From positions 3,904,001 through 3,968,000 of the forward strand of contig OZ245011.1 in the NCBI GenBank assembly GCA_965223665.1: a stretch of DNA of 64,000 nt. The letters are read 5' to 3'. Shown piece after piece: positions 1 to 9,497 of the stretch (the stretch's first letter is position 1; each line of letters starts with the position of its first letter). The DNA comes from Nitrospinaceae bacterium. Lineage in GTDB: Bacteria; Nitrospinota; Nitrospinia; Nitrospinales; Nitrospinaceae. The translations under genes and the position numbers were made by a program. The notes under the pieces are model-generated. The model was not told the origin of the DNA and made no database searches. It was given only the letters and a program-made list of their open reading frames with translations.

Positions 1-152
1 AAGATGTTCAGGATATCTTAAAACGATATTTTGAATACCGTGGTTCAAAACCAAAACCGAGAGAAAGTTTTATGGCAACAGTTATTGGGAAGCAGGTTCA
101 TTTGACGGATGAAGAAATTGATGACTTAATTGAATTTCTTTGGACGTTATGA
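1..152 (+). CDS. 3' end of a CDS truncated by the window edge; probable cytochrome c-type domain
   Basis: Frame from base 3 reads DVQDILKRYFEYRGSKPKPRESFMATVIGKQVHLTDEEIDDLIEFLWTL* (TGA 150-152). The M...LTDEEIDDLIEFL ending resembles the distal Met and C-terminal helix of class I cytochromes c. No CxxCH is visible in the window. Confidence 0.5.
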   Translation, partial: DVQDILKRYFEYRGSKPKPRESFMATVIGKQVHLTDEEIDDLIEFLWTL

Positions 153-204
153 TTTTCATGATTTCGTGGGAGAGAATTTGATGGTTAATAAAAGAGTGAA
201 AAAG

Positions 205-1221
205 ATGATTAAAATCGTGTGTTGTGTTTTTAGTTTTTTTGTAATTAATTTGAGTTCCGGTTTTGCTCAAGAATTGAAAGACACAACGCAAGAAATGAAA
301 ATCCCGGATATTGTTGCTAAAGTCAATGACACAAAAATCACTTCAAAATTTGTTAAATTTCGTCTCAATCTTGATGCTCAACGGTTTGGAAATGATATAC
401 CAGAGACCGAAAAAGTTAAAATTGCGAAAGAAATCATTCAGAAAGAAATTGTTCGAGAATTGATATTTCAGGAAGGTTCAAAACAAAATGAAAAAATTCC
501 TGATGAGGAAATTGGAAAAGAATTTGAAAAACTCAAAAAGGCTTATAAAAACGAAACTGAATTTCAGGTTGCTCTTCGCCAACGGGATCTTTCTGAAAAT
601 GATTTGATAAAAACTATTCGTGTCGATTTAACCGCTCAAAAACTTTTGGATAAACAAATCAAAGGAAAAATTAATATTGAAGATTCAGCCGTTCAAAGTT
701 TTTACGATGCTAATAAAGATAGATTTCACAGACCTGAATCTTATCATTCCCAGCATATATTCATACCTTTCGTTCCTTTAGAGGATGTTCAAAAGATGGG
801 TAAGGAAGAATTGCAAAAACAACTACCTCAATATAATGAAAAAGCGAAAAAGAAAATTGACAGTGTTTTGAAAGAGCTTAAGTCGGGTGGTTCATTTGAA
901 GAATTAGCGAAAAAATATTCAGAAGATAAAGCGACTTCAGAAAACGGTGGTGATCTTGGTTTTATTTATAAAGGAGTATTTGATCCGGCTTTTGATGAAG
1001 CGGTGAGTAAATTGAAAAAAGGTGAAACCAGCGATATCGTTAAAACAGATTTTGGGTATCATATTATCAAACTAAAAGAAACTCGCCCTGAAGAAGATGT
1101 CCCTTTTAAAGATGTTAAAGGGGAAATTCAAAAGCATTTATTTATGCAAGAAGCTCAAAAGAAGGTTGGCGAATATATTGAGGGTTTACGTAAGAAGGCC
1201 AAAATTGAGGTTTTTTACTGA
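205..1221 (+). CDS. Parvulin-type peptidyl-prolyl isomerase / SurA-PrsA-like exported foldase
   Basis: Signal-peptide-like N-terminus from ATG 205 (181 is an alternative start). Helical SurA-N-like region, then parvulin motifs SQHIFI, FEELAKKYSED, NGGDLGF and TDFGYHIIKL. Confidence 0.9.
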   Translation: MIKIVCCVFSFFVINLSSGFAQELKDTTQEMKIPDIVAKVNDTKITSKFVKFRLNLDAQRFGNDIPETEKVKIAKEIIQKEIVRELIFQEGSKQNEKIPDEEIGKEFEKLKKAYKNETEFQVALRQRDLSENDLIKTIRVDLTAQKLLDKQIKGKINIEDSAVQSFYDANKDRFHRPESYHSQHIFIPFVPLEDVQKMGKEELQKQLPQYNEKAKKKIDSVLKELKSGGSFEELAKKYSEDKATSENGGDLGFIYKGVFDPAFDEAVSKLKKGETSDIVKTDFGYHIIKLKETRPEEDVPFKDVKGEIQKHLFMQEAQKKVGEYIEGLRKKAKIEVFY

Positions 1222-1265
1222 GGCCTGACCTAATTTCAAATTATCATCTTGCTTGTGTTAAAATA

Positions 1266-1300
1266 CCCCTTTCGTAAAAAGCGCGAAGGGGCTTATTTTT
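1266..1300 (+). terminator. Probable intrinsic terminator after the PPIase gene
   Basis: CCCTTTCG (1267-1274) pairs with CGAAGGGG (1284-1291) with one G-U, followed by a T-rich run. Confidence 0.5.
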
Positions 1301-1350
1301 GATAAGCATTGGGTTTTGCGTTTCATTGATTGAAAGCGAGGAATTTAATT

Positions 1351-2028
1351 ATGGCAACATATACAAAAGAAAAAGATGTGGAAACCACTTTGGAAGATGA
1401 CCCCAAAGCCAGAGAGGCTTTGGAGGCAGTTTTTCAAAATACCGCTCGGTGGGATTCCAATTTTAATGGGTTTTCGGCAGATATTACTGTCAATATTAAT
1501 GGGAAAGAAGAAAAGGGTACCGTGACTGTAAAGGGACCAAAGGAGATTGAAACTAACCTTTCTGATGCTTCTATGAAAGAGTTTGCTATGGAGAATTTAG
1601 CATCCATAGCAATGCATCGTGGACCTCGTTCCTTTTCAGAATCTGATGGGAAGTATAAGCTTATTTTTGGTGACGAAGGGACTCATCCACTAGGAAGAAA
1701 AGTTGTAATGGGTGGCGATGGTATGAGTTCTTTTTACAGAATCAAAGATGGACGGATTCAACAAATTAACCGCAAAACTCCCAGAATGTCATTTTCCATT
1801 AACATTGAAGAGAGTATAAAAAATCAGGAAGGAAAGTTTTTAACGAAAAAGTATTCGGTATATTACTATAACCCCGAAAACGGCTCGTTAAAAAATGTTG
1901 AGAGCTACACGGATCAATATGCTCGGGTAGGTAATTATGATTTACCTGAAATGCGACGTATAATCGATTCTCAGGAAGGCGAGGTAGCTGTCAATACCAT
2001 GACTTTAGAAAATCATAAGGCACTATAA
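1351..2028 (+). CDS. DUF3386-like protein of unknown function
   Basis: Motifs RWDSNFNGFSADI, LASIAMHRGPRSF and SFYRIKDGRIQQINR match my recollection of DUF3386. ATG 1351 follows a GAGG RBS-like site. Confidence 0.7.
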   Translation: MATYTKEKDVETTLEDDPKAREALEAVFQNTARWDSNFNGFSADITVNINGKEEKGTVTVKGPKEIETNLSDASMKEFAMENLASIAMHRGPRSFSESDGKYKLIFGDEGTHPLGRKVVMGGDGMSSFYRIKDGRIQQINRKTPRMSFSINIEESIKNQEGKFLTKKYSVYYYNPENGSLKNVESYTDQYARVGNYDLPEMRRIIDSQEGEVAVNTMTLENHKAL

Positions 2029-2048
2029 AGTCTGAGGTGTTCAAAATA

Positions 2049-2082
2049 TAAAAGCCCACCAATTTTTTTTGGTGGGCTTTTA
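2049..2082. terminator. Bidirectional intrinsic terminator between convergent genes
   Basis: Inverted repeat TAAAAGCCCACC...GGTGGGCTTTTA flanked by A/T tracts. Confidence 0.85.
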
Positions 2083-3081
2083 TTTTGCAAGAAGTGCTTG
2101 AGAAAGAACCCTCTCTTTTACACCTACGATAGCATCTTGAGCAATTACGGAGTTACTGACTTCACTTCCTTGACTTAAGACAGCGTTATCCCAACAAATA
2201 GAGTTTTCAATTTTTGCTTCATCATCAACAATACAATTATTACCTAAAATAGCATAAGGTCCAATTTTTGCAGATTCCGAAATTTGGCAGTTTTTCCCAA
2301 TAAAAACAGGAGGTCGGATTTTACATTGAGTTGGAGTTTGTGATTTTGGAAGATCATTTATTCCTGTGATTTCATCCAAAAGATCATGGTGGACTTGTAG
2401 GTAACTCTCAATTCTTCCAATGTCTGCCCAATATCCTTCATGAGGATAGGCTAAAACTTTTTCACCATCTTCAATCATTTCTGGGAATACGTCAGAAGTT
2501 GTTCCATAAAATTTTCCGGTAGGGACCCGAGAAAAGATTTTAGGTTCTAAAATTTGAATTCCTGTGAAGGTAAATCGATTAGTATATTCTGGAGTATTTA
2601 AGGATGACATATTAGCCATATGAACAATCCTGTTCTGATCATCGACCTCGATGGGGTCACAAAGTTCTGGTGAATCACCTGGTTTTAAGACCAGGGTTGC
2701 TGCGGAGTCATTTTCTTGATGATATCTAATCAATTGATGGAAATCTAAGTTGACCACGACATCACTATTGATGACTATAAACGAATCATCTTCTAAAAAC
2801 CTTTGGGCTTTTTTTATTCCACCAGCAGTTCCCAAAATTGCATTCTCAGGGGACCAATGAATGTGCACACCCAACTTCTTGCCCGTGCCAAAGTAGTTAG
2901 TGATTAACTCGGGTAGGTGATGCAGGTTTATGACGATTTCATCAATACCGAAGGATTTAAGAAGTCTTATCGTATGTTCTAAAAGCGGTCGATTCAGAAT
3001 AGGGAACAAGGGTTTGGGCAGAGTGTGCGTCAAGGGTCGAAGCCGAGAGCCAAACCCGGCTGCTAAAATCATTGCTTTCAT
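2080..3081 (-). CDS. Sugar-phosphate nucleotidyltransferase family protein with C-terminal left-handed beta-helix
   Basis: [13 protein letters not shown]...PKPL signature, LGTAGGI, GYWADIG and C-terminal hexapeptide repeats ([24 protein letters not shown]). Confidence 0.9.
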   Translation of the reverse strand: MKAMILAAGFGSRLRPLTHTLPKPLFPILNRPLLEHTIRLLKSFGIDEIVINLHHLPELITNYFGTGKKLGVHIHWSPENAILGTAGGIKKAQRFLEDDSFIVINSDVVVNLDFHQLIRYHQENDSAATLVLKPGDSPELCDPIEVDDQNRIVHMANMSSLNTPEYTNRFTFTGIQILEPKIFSRVPTGKFYGTTSDVFPEMIEDGEKVLAYPHEGYWADIGRIESYLQVHHDLLDEITGINDLPKSQTPTQCKIRPPVFIGKNCQISESAKIGPYAILGNNCIVDDEAKIENSICWDNAVLSQGSEVSNSVIAQDAIVGVKERVLSQALLAK

Positions 3082-4118
3082 TTTTTTTCCGCAAGCTCTT
3101 TTAATGATTTCACGAAAGGGGGATGGGCAATTCCTTTTTCAGTAATAATGGCGGTTACAAACTCATGAGGAGTGACATCAAACGCGGGGTGAGCCACCTC
3201 AATTCCTTCGGGAGCTATACGCTTGTTGTTCAAGGTGACCACTTCCTCCACGCTTCGCTCTTCTATAGGAATATCTTCACCAGATTTTAAACTGAGGTCT
3301 AGAGTTGAAATAGGAGCTGCAACATAGAAAGGAATTCCATGGGTTTTGGCTAAGACTGCCATCATGTAAGTTCCGATCTTATTTGCGACGTCTCCGTTGG
3401 CCGCGATTCTATCTGCACCAACAACGACAACATCAATTTCTTTTTTCTTCATAAAAAAACCGGCCATGTTATCAGTAATTAGTTTTACTGGAATTTTGTC
3501 TTCCTTGAGTTCCCAGGCAGTGAGGCGGGCTCCTTGAAGAAAGGGACGTGTTTCGTTAGCCAGCACATTGACATTTTTCCCGGAATTAACAGCAGCGCGA
3601 ATGACTCCAAGAGCCGTTCCAAAGCCAGCAGTTGCTAAAGCGCCTGCATTGCAATGAGTAAGAATCGATTGACCATTTTCAATTAAAACTTGCCCAAACT
3701 GACCCATCGATTTATTGGCCGCAATATCCTCTTCAAGTATATCCAGTGCTTCTTGGTGAAGTTTTTCCTTTAATTTTTCAATTGTAAGATTTTGGTTTTG
3801 TAAAGCTATGCGCTTCATGCGTTCAATACTCCAGGCCAAATTTACGGCTGTAGGTCTGGATTTCCCAAGAACTTCACATTGCTTCTCCATTTCAGAAAAA
3901 AAGGTATCAAAATCATTTGTTTTAATTTTTTGAATTCCTAAGCTGATTCCTAATGCTGCTGCCACTCCAATGGCTGGGGCGCCACGGATAATCATATTTT
4001 TTATTGCTTGCCCCACTTCCTCAATAGTTTGGCAATCCACATAGACTTCTTCATTTGGCAGCCGGGTTTGGTCAATCATTCGGACGGAACCATTTATATA
4101 CTCAATCGTTTTAACCAT
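3078..4118 (-). CDS. mtnA: S-methyl-5-thioribose-1-phosphate isomerase
   Basis: [64 protein letters not shown] and AFDVTP motifs. Confidence 0.95.
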   Translation of the reverse strand: MVKTIEYINGSVRMIDQTRLPNEEVYVDCQTIEEVGQAIKNMIIRGAPAIGVAAALGISLGIQKIKTNDFDTFFSEMEKQCEVLGKSRPTAVNLAWSIERMKRIALQNQNLTIEKLKEKLHQEALDILEEDIAANKSMGQFGQVLIENGQSILTHCNAGALATAGFGTALGVIRAAVNSGKNVNVLANETRPFLQGARLTAWELKEDKIPVKLITDNMAGFFMKKKEIDVVVVGADRIAANGDVANKIGTYMMAVLAKTHGIPFYVAAPISTLDLSLKSGEDIPIEERSVEEVVTLNNKRIAPEGIEVAHPAFDVTPHEFVTAIITEKGIAHPPFVKSLKELAEKK

Positions 4119-4135
4119 TTTTTCTTTATTTCGTT

Positions 4136-4435
4136 TTAAGTTAGTAAGGTATTGATTTTATCTTGAAATACTTGTTCATTAATTGAAGATATTTGAATTA
4201 TCTTTTTTCTATTGTTTGTTCCGCTGAGAATAGAAACTTGGGACTGGCTCACGCCAAATTGTTTTGCCAAATATTTTTGAACAGCTTTATTAGCTGCCCC
4301 ATCAACAGGAGCTGAAGTTATTTTAACTTTTAAGGTGTTATCGTAAATTCCGGATAATTCGTTTCTGGATGATTTGGGTTGGACGGTTATAGGAAACTGG
4401 ATACCTGTTTCAGAAGCTTTAATTGGAAGTGGCAT
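4136..4435 (-). CDS. yggU: DUF167 / YggU family protein
   Basis: VQPKSSRN...[17 protein letters not shown] motif; located in the yggT-divIVA cluster. Confidence 0.9.
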   Translation of the reverse strand: MPLPIKASETGIQFPITVQPKSSRNELSGIYDNTLKVKITSAPVDGAANKAVQKYLAKQFGVSQSQVSILSGTNNRKKIIQISSINEQVFQDKINTLLT

Positions 4436-4886
4436 CTTTTACGCCCGATTTATCTTGAGACTTGTCTCGGGATGAAAAGAATACTCGTGCGCTGGATTTT
4501 ATACTTTCAATTAATTCCTGCCGTTCTTCTTTTAATTTCTGCACATCTTTTTGAAGATTGCCCAATTCTTTTTCCACTTTCTTTTTGTGGAGGTTTGCTT
4601 GTTCTTTGGCAACATTAACAATTTTCCGTGCTTTATCTTTGATTATTATTGGCGCTTGTTTAGGATCTACGGAAATTTGCTTCAGCACATCTTTTAATTG
4701 GGTTTCCAATCCGGAAATCTTGTGATCTTTATCTTCAAGGCGTGATTTCAAGTCTGTCAATTGTTCATGAAGCTCCTTAAAATCCTCTGCCACCAACTTT
4801 AAAAAAGTATGGACTTCTTCAGGATCGTATCCACGAAACTTTTCCTTGAACCTCTGCTCTAAAATATCGTGCTCGTTTAATTTCAT
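4419..4886 (-). CDS. divIVA: DivIVA domain coiled-coil protein
   Basis: N-terminal DILEQRFKEKFRGYDPEEVHTFL DivIVA motif followed by coiled coils. Confidence 0.8.
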   Translation of the reverse strand: MKLNEHDILEQRFKEKFRGYDPEEVHTFLKLVAEDFKELHEQLTDLKSRLEDKDHKISGLETQLKDVLKQISVDPKQAPIIIKDKARKIVNVAKEQANLHKKKVEKELGNLQKDVQKLKEERQELIESIKSSARVFFSSRDKSQDKSGVKDATSN

Positions 4887-5186
4887 TTATTGTAAGCTCA
4901 TCGCCATGACATGCAAGGATTTCACTAAGAATTCTTGCAAAAAAACAATCAATAAAATAACAATAATGGGTGAAAAGTCGATTCCCATCCCGGACATTGG
5001 GAGCATTTGACGTATTCGATAGAGTACAGGGTCCGTTACGCTATGTAAAAATTGTACGATTGGGTTGTATGGGTCCGGGTTTACCCATGAGAGCAATGCC
5101 CGAATAATTACAATCCACATATACAAATTTAAGGCAATTCCAAGGACCTTTGCCAATGCTGAAAGAAAGAAACCTATTATTTCCAC
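4887..5186 (-). CDS. yggT: YggT family membrane protein
   Basis: IRALLSWVNPDPYNPIVQFL...TDPVL...GIDFSPII motifs. Confidence 0.92.
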   Translation of the reverse strand: MEIIGFFLSALAKVLGIALNLYMWIVIIRALLSWVNPDPYNPIVQFLHSVTDPVLYRIRQMLPMSGMGIDFSPIIVILLIVFLQEFLVKSLHVMAMSLQ

Positions 5187-5270
5187 TAATTAAAAAAACC
5201 TTATTGGTAATATATGAAAAAATGTAATTGGGGGCAAGATGTTCATTGCCGGATGACAGCTTTTAAGGAT

Positions 5271-5299
5271 AAAATATCGAAAAAGCCCTGTATTGTCAA
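5271..5299 (-). promoter_or_regulatory. Sigma-70-type promoter for the yggT-divIVA-yggU-mtnA operon
   Basis: Minus strand TTGACA-N17-TATTTT. A second candidate, TTGCCC-N17-TATATT, lies nearer the start codon. Confidence 0.55.
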
Positions 5300-5437
5300 T
5301 GATATCCGATCCAGGCTTTCCTGCAAATAAAAATATCGTTTCCAAGATGATTTCGAAAAGTTTATTATGAAATTCTAATAGAAAAATAATTATCAAAACA
5401 TAATCTTTCAATCACTCCTTTCCCACAAAATTTATTT

Positions 5438-6838
5438 ATGAGTAAAATTAGAAGAAGCCAAATCAAGGACCTACTAAAGCAATCAGAACCCCTTTCCCAA
5501 GTGTTAGTGCAGGGGTGGGTTCGTACCCGAAGGGATTCCAAAGGGGGATTCTCTTTTTTGGAGGTAAATGATGGCTCTTGTTTGAAAAACATCCAGGCGG
5601 TATTAGACCATTCATTAGATTCCTTTAAACAGAATGAAAAAAAGCTTAGCACTGGTAGTTGCGTGGCTCTAAAAGGAAAATTGGTTCAGTCCCAGGGGAA
5701 AGGCCAAAGTATGGAAATTCAGGCTGAATCAGTACATGTTTATGGAACGGCTGACACAGAAACTTACCCCTTACAGAAGAAATATCATTCCTTAGAATAT
5801 TTAAGAGAAATTGCCCACCTCCGTCCCCGCACTAATACGATAGGAGCAGTCATGCGGATTCGCAATCGTTTAGCCTATTCGATCCATCGTTTTTTTAACG
5901 AGCGTGGATTTGTCTATTTACACACGCCAATCATTACTACAAGTGATTGTGAAGGGGCAGGAGAGATGTTTCAAGTGACCACACTGGATTTGAAAGAACC
6001 TCCTTTGGAAAATGGCAAAGTCGATTATAAAGAAGATTTTTTTGGACAAAAGACCAGCCTTACTGTCAGCGGTCAACTGGAAGGTGAGATTTATGCCATG
6101 GCTCTGTCTCTCATCTATACGTTTGGTCCAACTTTCCGTGCGGAGAACTCAAATACCAGTCGCCATCTGGCAGAATTTTGGATGGTTGAACCGGAAATGG
6201 CATTTTATGACCTGGATGACAATATGGATTTAGCAGAAGAGTTCATCCAATATTTATTAAAAGATGCCTTGGAGCATTGTGCTGATGATTTAGACTTTTT
6301 CAATCAACGCATTGACAAACATTTGATAGAGAATTTACAGCACATCGTTGAGAATCAATTTGAAAGACTCCACTATAAAGACGCGATTCACCTTTTGGAA
6401 AAAGCGTCGGAAAAGTTCGTTTACTCAGTAGAGTGGGGCTGTAATCTGCAAGCCGAGCACGAGAGGTATCTGGCTGAAAAAGTAATTAAAAAGCCACTTA
6501 TCCTTTATAACTATCCAGAAAGTATTAAACCTTTTTACATGAAGGTCAATGAAGATGGCGAAACGGTTCGGGCGATGGATGTGCTCTTGCCAAGATTAGG
6601 AGAAATCATCGGAGGTAGTCAACGGGAGGATGACTACGATGTTTTGTTGAAACAAATCGAAGCCAAGGGTCTAGACAAAGAAGAATACTGGTGGTACCTG
6701 GAGCTTAGAAAATTCGGTTCGGCCCCTCACTCAGGATTTGGCCTTGGATTTGAAAGGTTAGTTCAATTTGTCACTGGGGTTGAAAACATTCGAGATGTCA
6801 TTCCATTCCCTAGGACACCCAAACATGCCACTTTTTAA
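5438..6838 (+). CDS. asnS: Asparagine--tRNA ligase
   Basis: GWVRTRR OB fold, [37 protein letters not shown] and class II motif 3 [11 protein letters not shown]. Confidence 0.97.
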   Translation: MSKIRRSQIKDLLKQSEPLSQVLVQGWVRTRRDSKGGFSFLEVNDGSCLKNIQAVLDHSLDSFKQNEKKLSTGSCVALKGKLVQSQGKGQSMEIQAESVHVYGTADTETYPLQKKYHSLEYLREIAHLRPRTNTIGAVMRIRNRLAYSIHRFFNERGFVYLHTPIITTSDCEGAGEMFQVTTLDLKEPPLENGKVDYKEDFFGQKTSLTVSGQLEGEIYAMALSLIYTFGPTFRAENSNTSRHLAEFWMVEPEMAFYDLDDNMDLAEEFIQYLLKDALEHCADDLDFFNQRIDKHLIENLQHIVENQFERLHYKDAIHLLEKASEKFVYSVEWGCNLQAEHERYLAEKVIKKPLILYNYPESIKPFYMKVNEDGETVRAMDVLLPRLGEIIGGSQREDDYDVLLKQIEAKGLDKEEYWWYLELRKFGSAPHSGFGLGFERLVQFVTGVENIRDVIPFPRTPKHATF

Positions 6839-6920
6839 TTCTTTTTTATTATTAAGAAATATTTAAGATTTTCTCTAATAGATATCGTGGAAATTTTTAG
6901 GGAAAAATCTATATGTAAGT

Positions 6921-8294
6921 TTAAATCCGTTTTAAATTGACAACGGTTTCGATGTGATGAGTTTGGGGAAAGAGGTCGATGACAGCGAGGTTATCAATTT
7001 GGTAAAAGGGTAATAAAGCTAAATCCCTTGCTAAAGTAGAGGGATTGCAGGAAACATAAATCAATCGTTCAGGTCGAAGTTGGCAAATGGAATCGATCAC
7101 TTCTTTAGAGCAACCTTTTCGTGGCGGATCGACTATCAAGGTTTGAAAATCACCTAAGACCGAATTGGGTTGTAAAAACTCTTCAATCTTTCCTTCAAAA
7201 AATTGACAATCGATTAAATCATTGAGTTGAGCATTAACCTTTGCATCTGCAATAGAAGCAGGTGAATCATCCACTCCCATTACCCGAATGCCCTCCTTGG
7301 CAAGCCATAAACTAATGCCGCCGTTACCACAATATGCATCCACTACCGGTCCAGGATATTCACCTACCCATTCCTTAATGAGATCATACATGCGAATGGT
7401 TTGAAAGGGATTTACTTGAAAAAACGAATTCAAAGAAATGCGAAACTTTAAGGGTCCCAGCCTATCGGTCAAATATTTTTGGCCATAAAGAGATCGGTTG
7501 GTTTCTCCTAATATGACATTCGTTTTTCCGGGATTGATATTTTGTACCATTCCAACAATTTGAAGTTTTTCTCGGACTTTAGGGGACCGCAAGTCCTGCA
7601 GAAAAGGTTTTGGGAATTGACCCACAGCCGTGATCAACCCTACTAAAGTTTCTGAATTCGATTGGGATCGGCGAATCATGATTCCACGCAACAATCCATT
7701 ATGTTTTACCTCGTTGTAGATCCATACTTTGTGTTTAACCAAAAGACCACGAAGCCATTCTTTTACTCTATTGATGGGTTCTAGTAAAATATCGCATTCC
7801 GGTGAATCGGCTATTTTGTGGGAACCTTGTTCAAAGAAACCGATTTCAAGATTTCTCTTTGTATACTGGACCGCAAAGCTTCCTTTATTTCTATAATGAT
7901 AAATTGGATCCGCAGGGAGAGTTATAATATCTTCCGGGGGATCAATTTTTCCTATATGTTCCAGTGCATCCAATACCTTTTGTCTCTTAAACTGGATTTG
8001 TTGCTCATATTCAAAATTTTGCAATTGGCAACCCCCACAATGGGAAAATACTTTGCAGGGAGGGTTAATTCGATGGGGACTCGGTTTTAGAGTTTTTTTT
8101 ATTTCTACGATGCCGAATCTAGGGGTAGTCTTGACCACTTTACCTTTGATAAGATCGCCGGGAAGACCTTTTGGTAGGAATAGTGCATAATCTTGGTAAC
8201 GAGTGATACCATCGCCACTAGAGGCCAGAGAATTGACGGAGAGTTCTAATTCTTCTCCTACTTTAACAGGGATATTAAATTTTTTTGGACTCAT
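6921..8294 (-). CDS. rlmD: 23S rRNA (uracil-1939-C5)-methyltransferase
   Basis: TRAM domain, Fe-S motif C-x5-CGGC, SFFQVN, DAYCGNG, DPPRKG, YVSCNPSTLARD and DLFPQTHHIE. Start taken at ATG 8294. Confidence 0.93.
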   Translation of the reverse strand: MSPKKFNIPVKVGEELELSVNSLASSGDGITRYQDYALFLPKGLPGDLIKGKVVKTTPRFGIVEIKKTLKPSPHRINPPCKVFSHCGGCQLQNFEYEQQIQFKRQKVLDALEHIGKIDPPEDIITLPADPIYHYRNKGSFAVQYTKRNLEIGFFEQGSHKIADSPECDILLEPINRVKEWLRGLLVKHKVWIYNEVKHNGLLRGIMIRRSQSNSETLVGLITAVGQFPKPFLQDLRSPKVREKLQIVGMVQNINPGKTNVILGETNRSLYGQKYLTDRLGPLKFRISLNSFFQVNPFQTIRMYDLIKEWVGEYPGPVVDAYCGNGGISLWLAKEGIRVMGVDDSPASIADAKVNAQLNDLIDCQFFEGKIEEFLQPNSVLGDFQTLIVDPPRKGCSKEVIDSICQLRPERLIYVSCNPSTLARDLALLPFYQIDNLAVIDLFPQTHHIETVVNLKRI

Positions 8295-8393
8295 TGTGGA
8301 TCCTTGCGAAAAATGGAGTTTGTGTTCTCCGTCAAAAAGTGTATGAGCATACCATTTCACTGCATCAAATAGGAACTAGATAGGCAAAAAAAT

Positions 8394-9164
8394 ATGAGTC
8401 ATTACATCGCTATTTTGGGAGCTATCAAGGAAGAAATTGCCGGGATCAAAAAAGAAATGGAAATCAAGGAAACTCTCCATTTAAAAAATGCCTCTGCGTA
8501 TGTTGGGCAATGGAAAGGTTATTCTGTGGTCCTGGTACGAACAGGAATGGGACAAACCCGTGCGAGGCAGGCATTAGTAGAGGTTGCCGAACGACTCCGA
8601 CTGGTTTTAGTTTTGTCAATTGGTTATGCAGGTGCGTTAGACCCAGACATGAAGGTAGGGGATGTTTTCCTGGCAGATAAGGTTCGATATTTAGAAGGGA
8701 ACTTGGAAGATTTTAATGAGGGTTCCATTAAAGAATTACCTCTCGTTTCTGCATTAGTAAACCAAGCTATGTTTCTTGCATGTCCAAGGGGGGTATCCGT
8801 GTATCGAGGTAATCTTCTTACCGTGGACAGGGTTGTAGCTGACCCTGAAAATAAAAAGAAATTTGGGCAGCAATTTGCGGCGGATGCAGTTGAAATGGAA
8901 ACTTATGCCTTAGTAGAAGAAACGGAATCTCGTGCGCTTCCTTTTTTATCAATACGTGCCATTTCAGACGAGGCGGGCCACGAGTTATTAGATTGCTCAC
9001 ATTTAATTCAGGAAGATGGAAAAGTATCCAAAGTTAAAGCCGGATGGCACGTCCTTTCCAACCCCGGAGACTTGAAAAGTCTTTTGGCTTTAAAAGAATG
9101 TTCCAAAAAAGCCACCTCCAGCCTTACCCATTTTATTTCACAATATTTGGAAAACTATAAATAA
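8394..9164 (+). CDS. Nucleoside phosphorylase / MTA-SAH nucleosidase family protein, possibly HpnG-like
   Basis: GAIKEE, TGMG, IGYAGAL, AVEMET and IRAISD motifs of the PNP_UDP_1 family, with an extended C-terminal segment. Confidence 0.8.
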   Translation: MSHYIAILGAIKEEIAGIKKEMEIKETLHLKNASAYVGQWKGYSVVLVRTGMGQTRARQALVEVAERLRLVLVLSIGYAGALDPDMKVGDVFLADKVRYLEGNLEDFNEGSIKELPLVSALVNQAMFLACPRGVSVYRGNLLTVDRVVADPENKKKFGQQFAADAVEMETYALVEETESRALPFLSIRAISDEAGHELLDCSHLIQEDGKVSKVKAGWHVLSNPGDLKSLLALKECSKKATSSLTHFISQYLENYK

Positions 9165-9315
9165 AAGTTTTTATGCTTGGGTAGATTTTAACCAGGAAAA
9201 AAATTCCTTAAAGACGGTAAATTTAGCAAAGCGGGAAAAGAAATTTTTTTTATAGATTTTGGTTTTATATGTCAAAAGCCCCCAAATATAGGGAGTTATA
9301 GCTTTTGCAGCTATA

Positions 9316-9331
9316 TGGCATGCTAATTGCT
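9316..9331 (+). promoter_or_regulatory. Sigma-54 (-24/-12) promoter
   Basis: TGGCATGCTAATTGCT matches TGGCAY-N5-TTGCW with correct GG-N10-GC spacing, in an intergenic region oriented toward the diguanylate cyclase. Confidence 0.75.
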
Positions 9332-9342
9332 TTTAACCAGTT

Positions 9343-9418
9343 GGAAGATTCGAACTGGCACGTCCACCTCCTAGGATTGATTTTCATCAATCTGGGCGTG
9401 CCTCCCTCTTTTTTCTTT
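9343..9418 (+). ncRNA. Candidate small RNA or structured 5' leader
   Basis: GGCACGTCCA (9357-9366) pairs with TGGGCGTGCC (9393-9402), and GATTGAT pairs with ATCAATC. An 8-nt bulge contains CCTCCT, and a T tract follows. GC-rich relative to its flanks. Confidence 0.4.
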
Positions 9419-9497
9419 CCAAACGATATTTTTCAGGAAACCAAACTTAATTTGTTTAATAGGTTTTTCAAGGCATCAAAAATACTGATTTCTAAAA

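Noticed and set aside
5190..5411. 73-aa minus-strand ORF upstream of yggT
   Set aside because: No recognisable motif or RBS, and it spans the divergent promoter region of yggT and asnS.
9165..9497. c-di-GMP riboswitch upstream of the diguanylate cyclase
   Set aside because: I could not find the GCAAA / GNRA tetraloop-receptor pattern of the class I aptamer; the hairpin is reported instead as an unknown RNA candidate.
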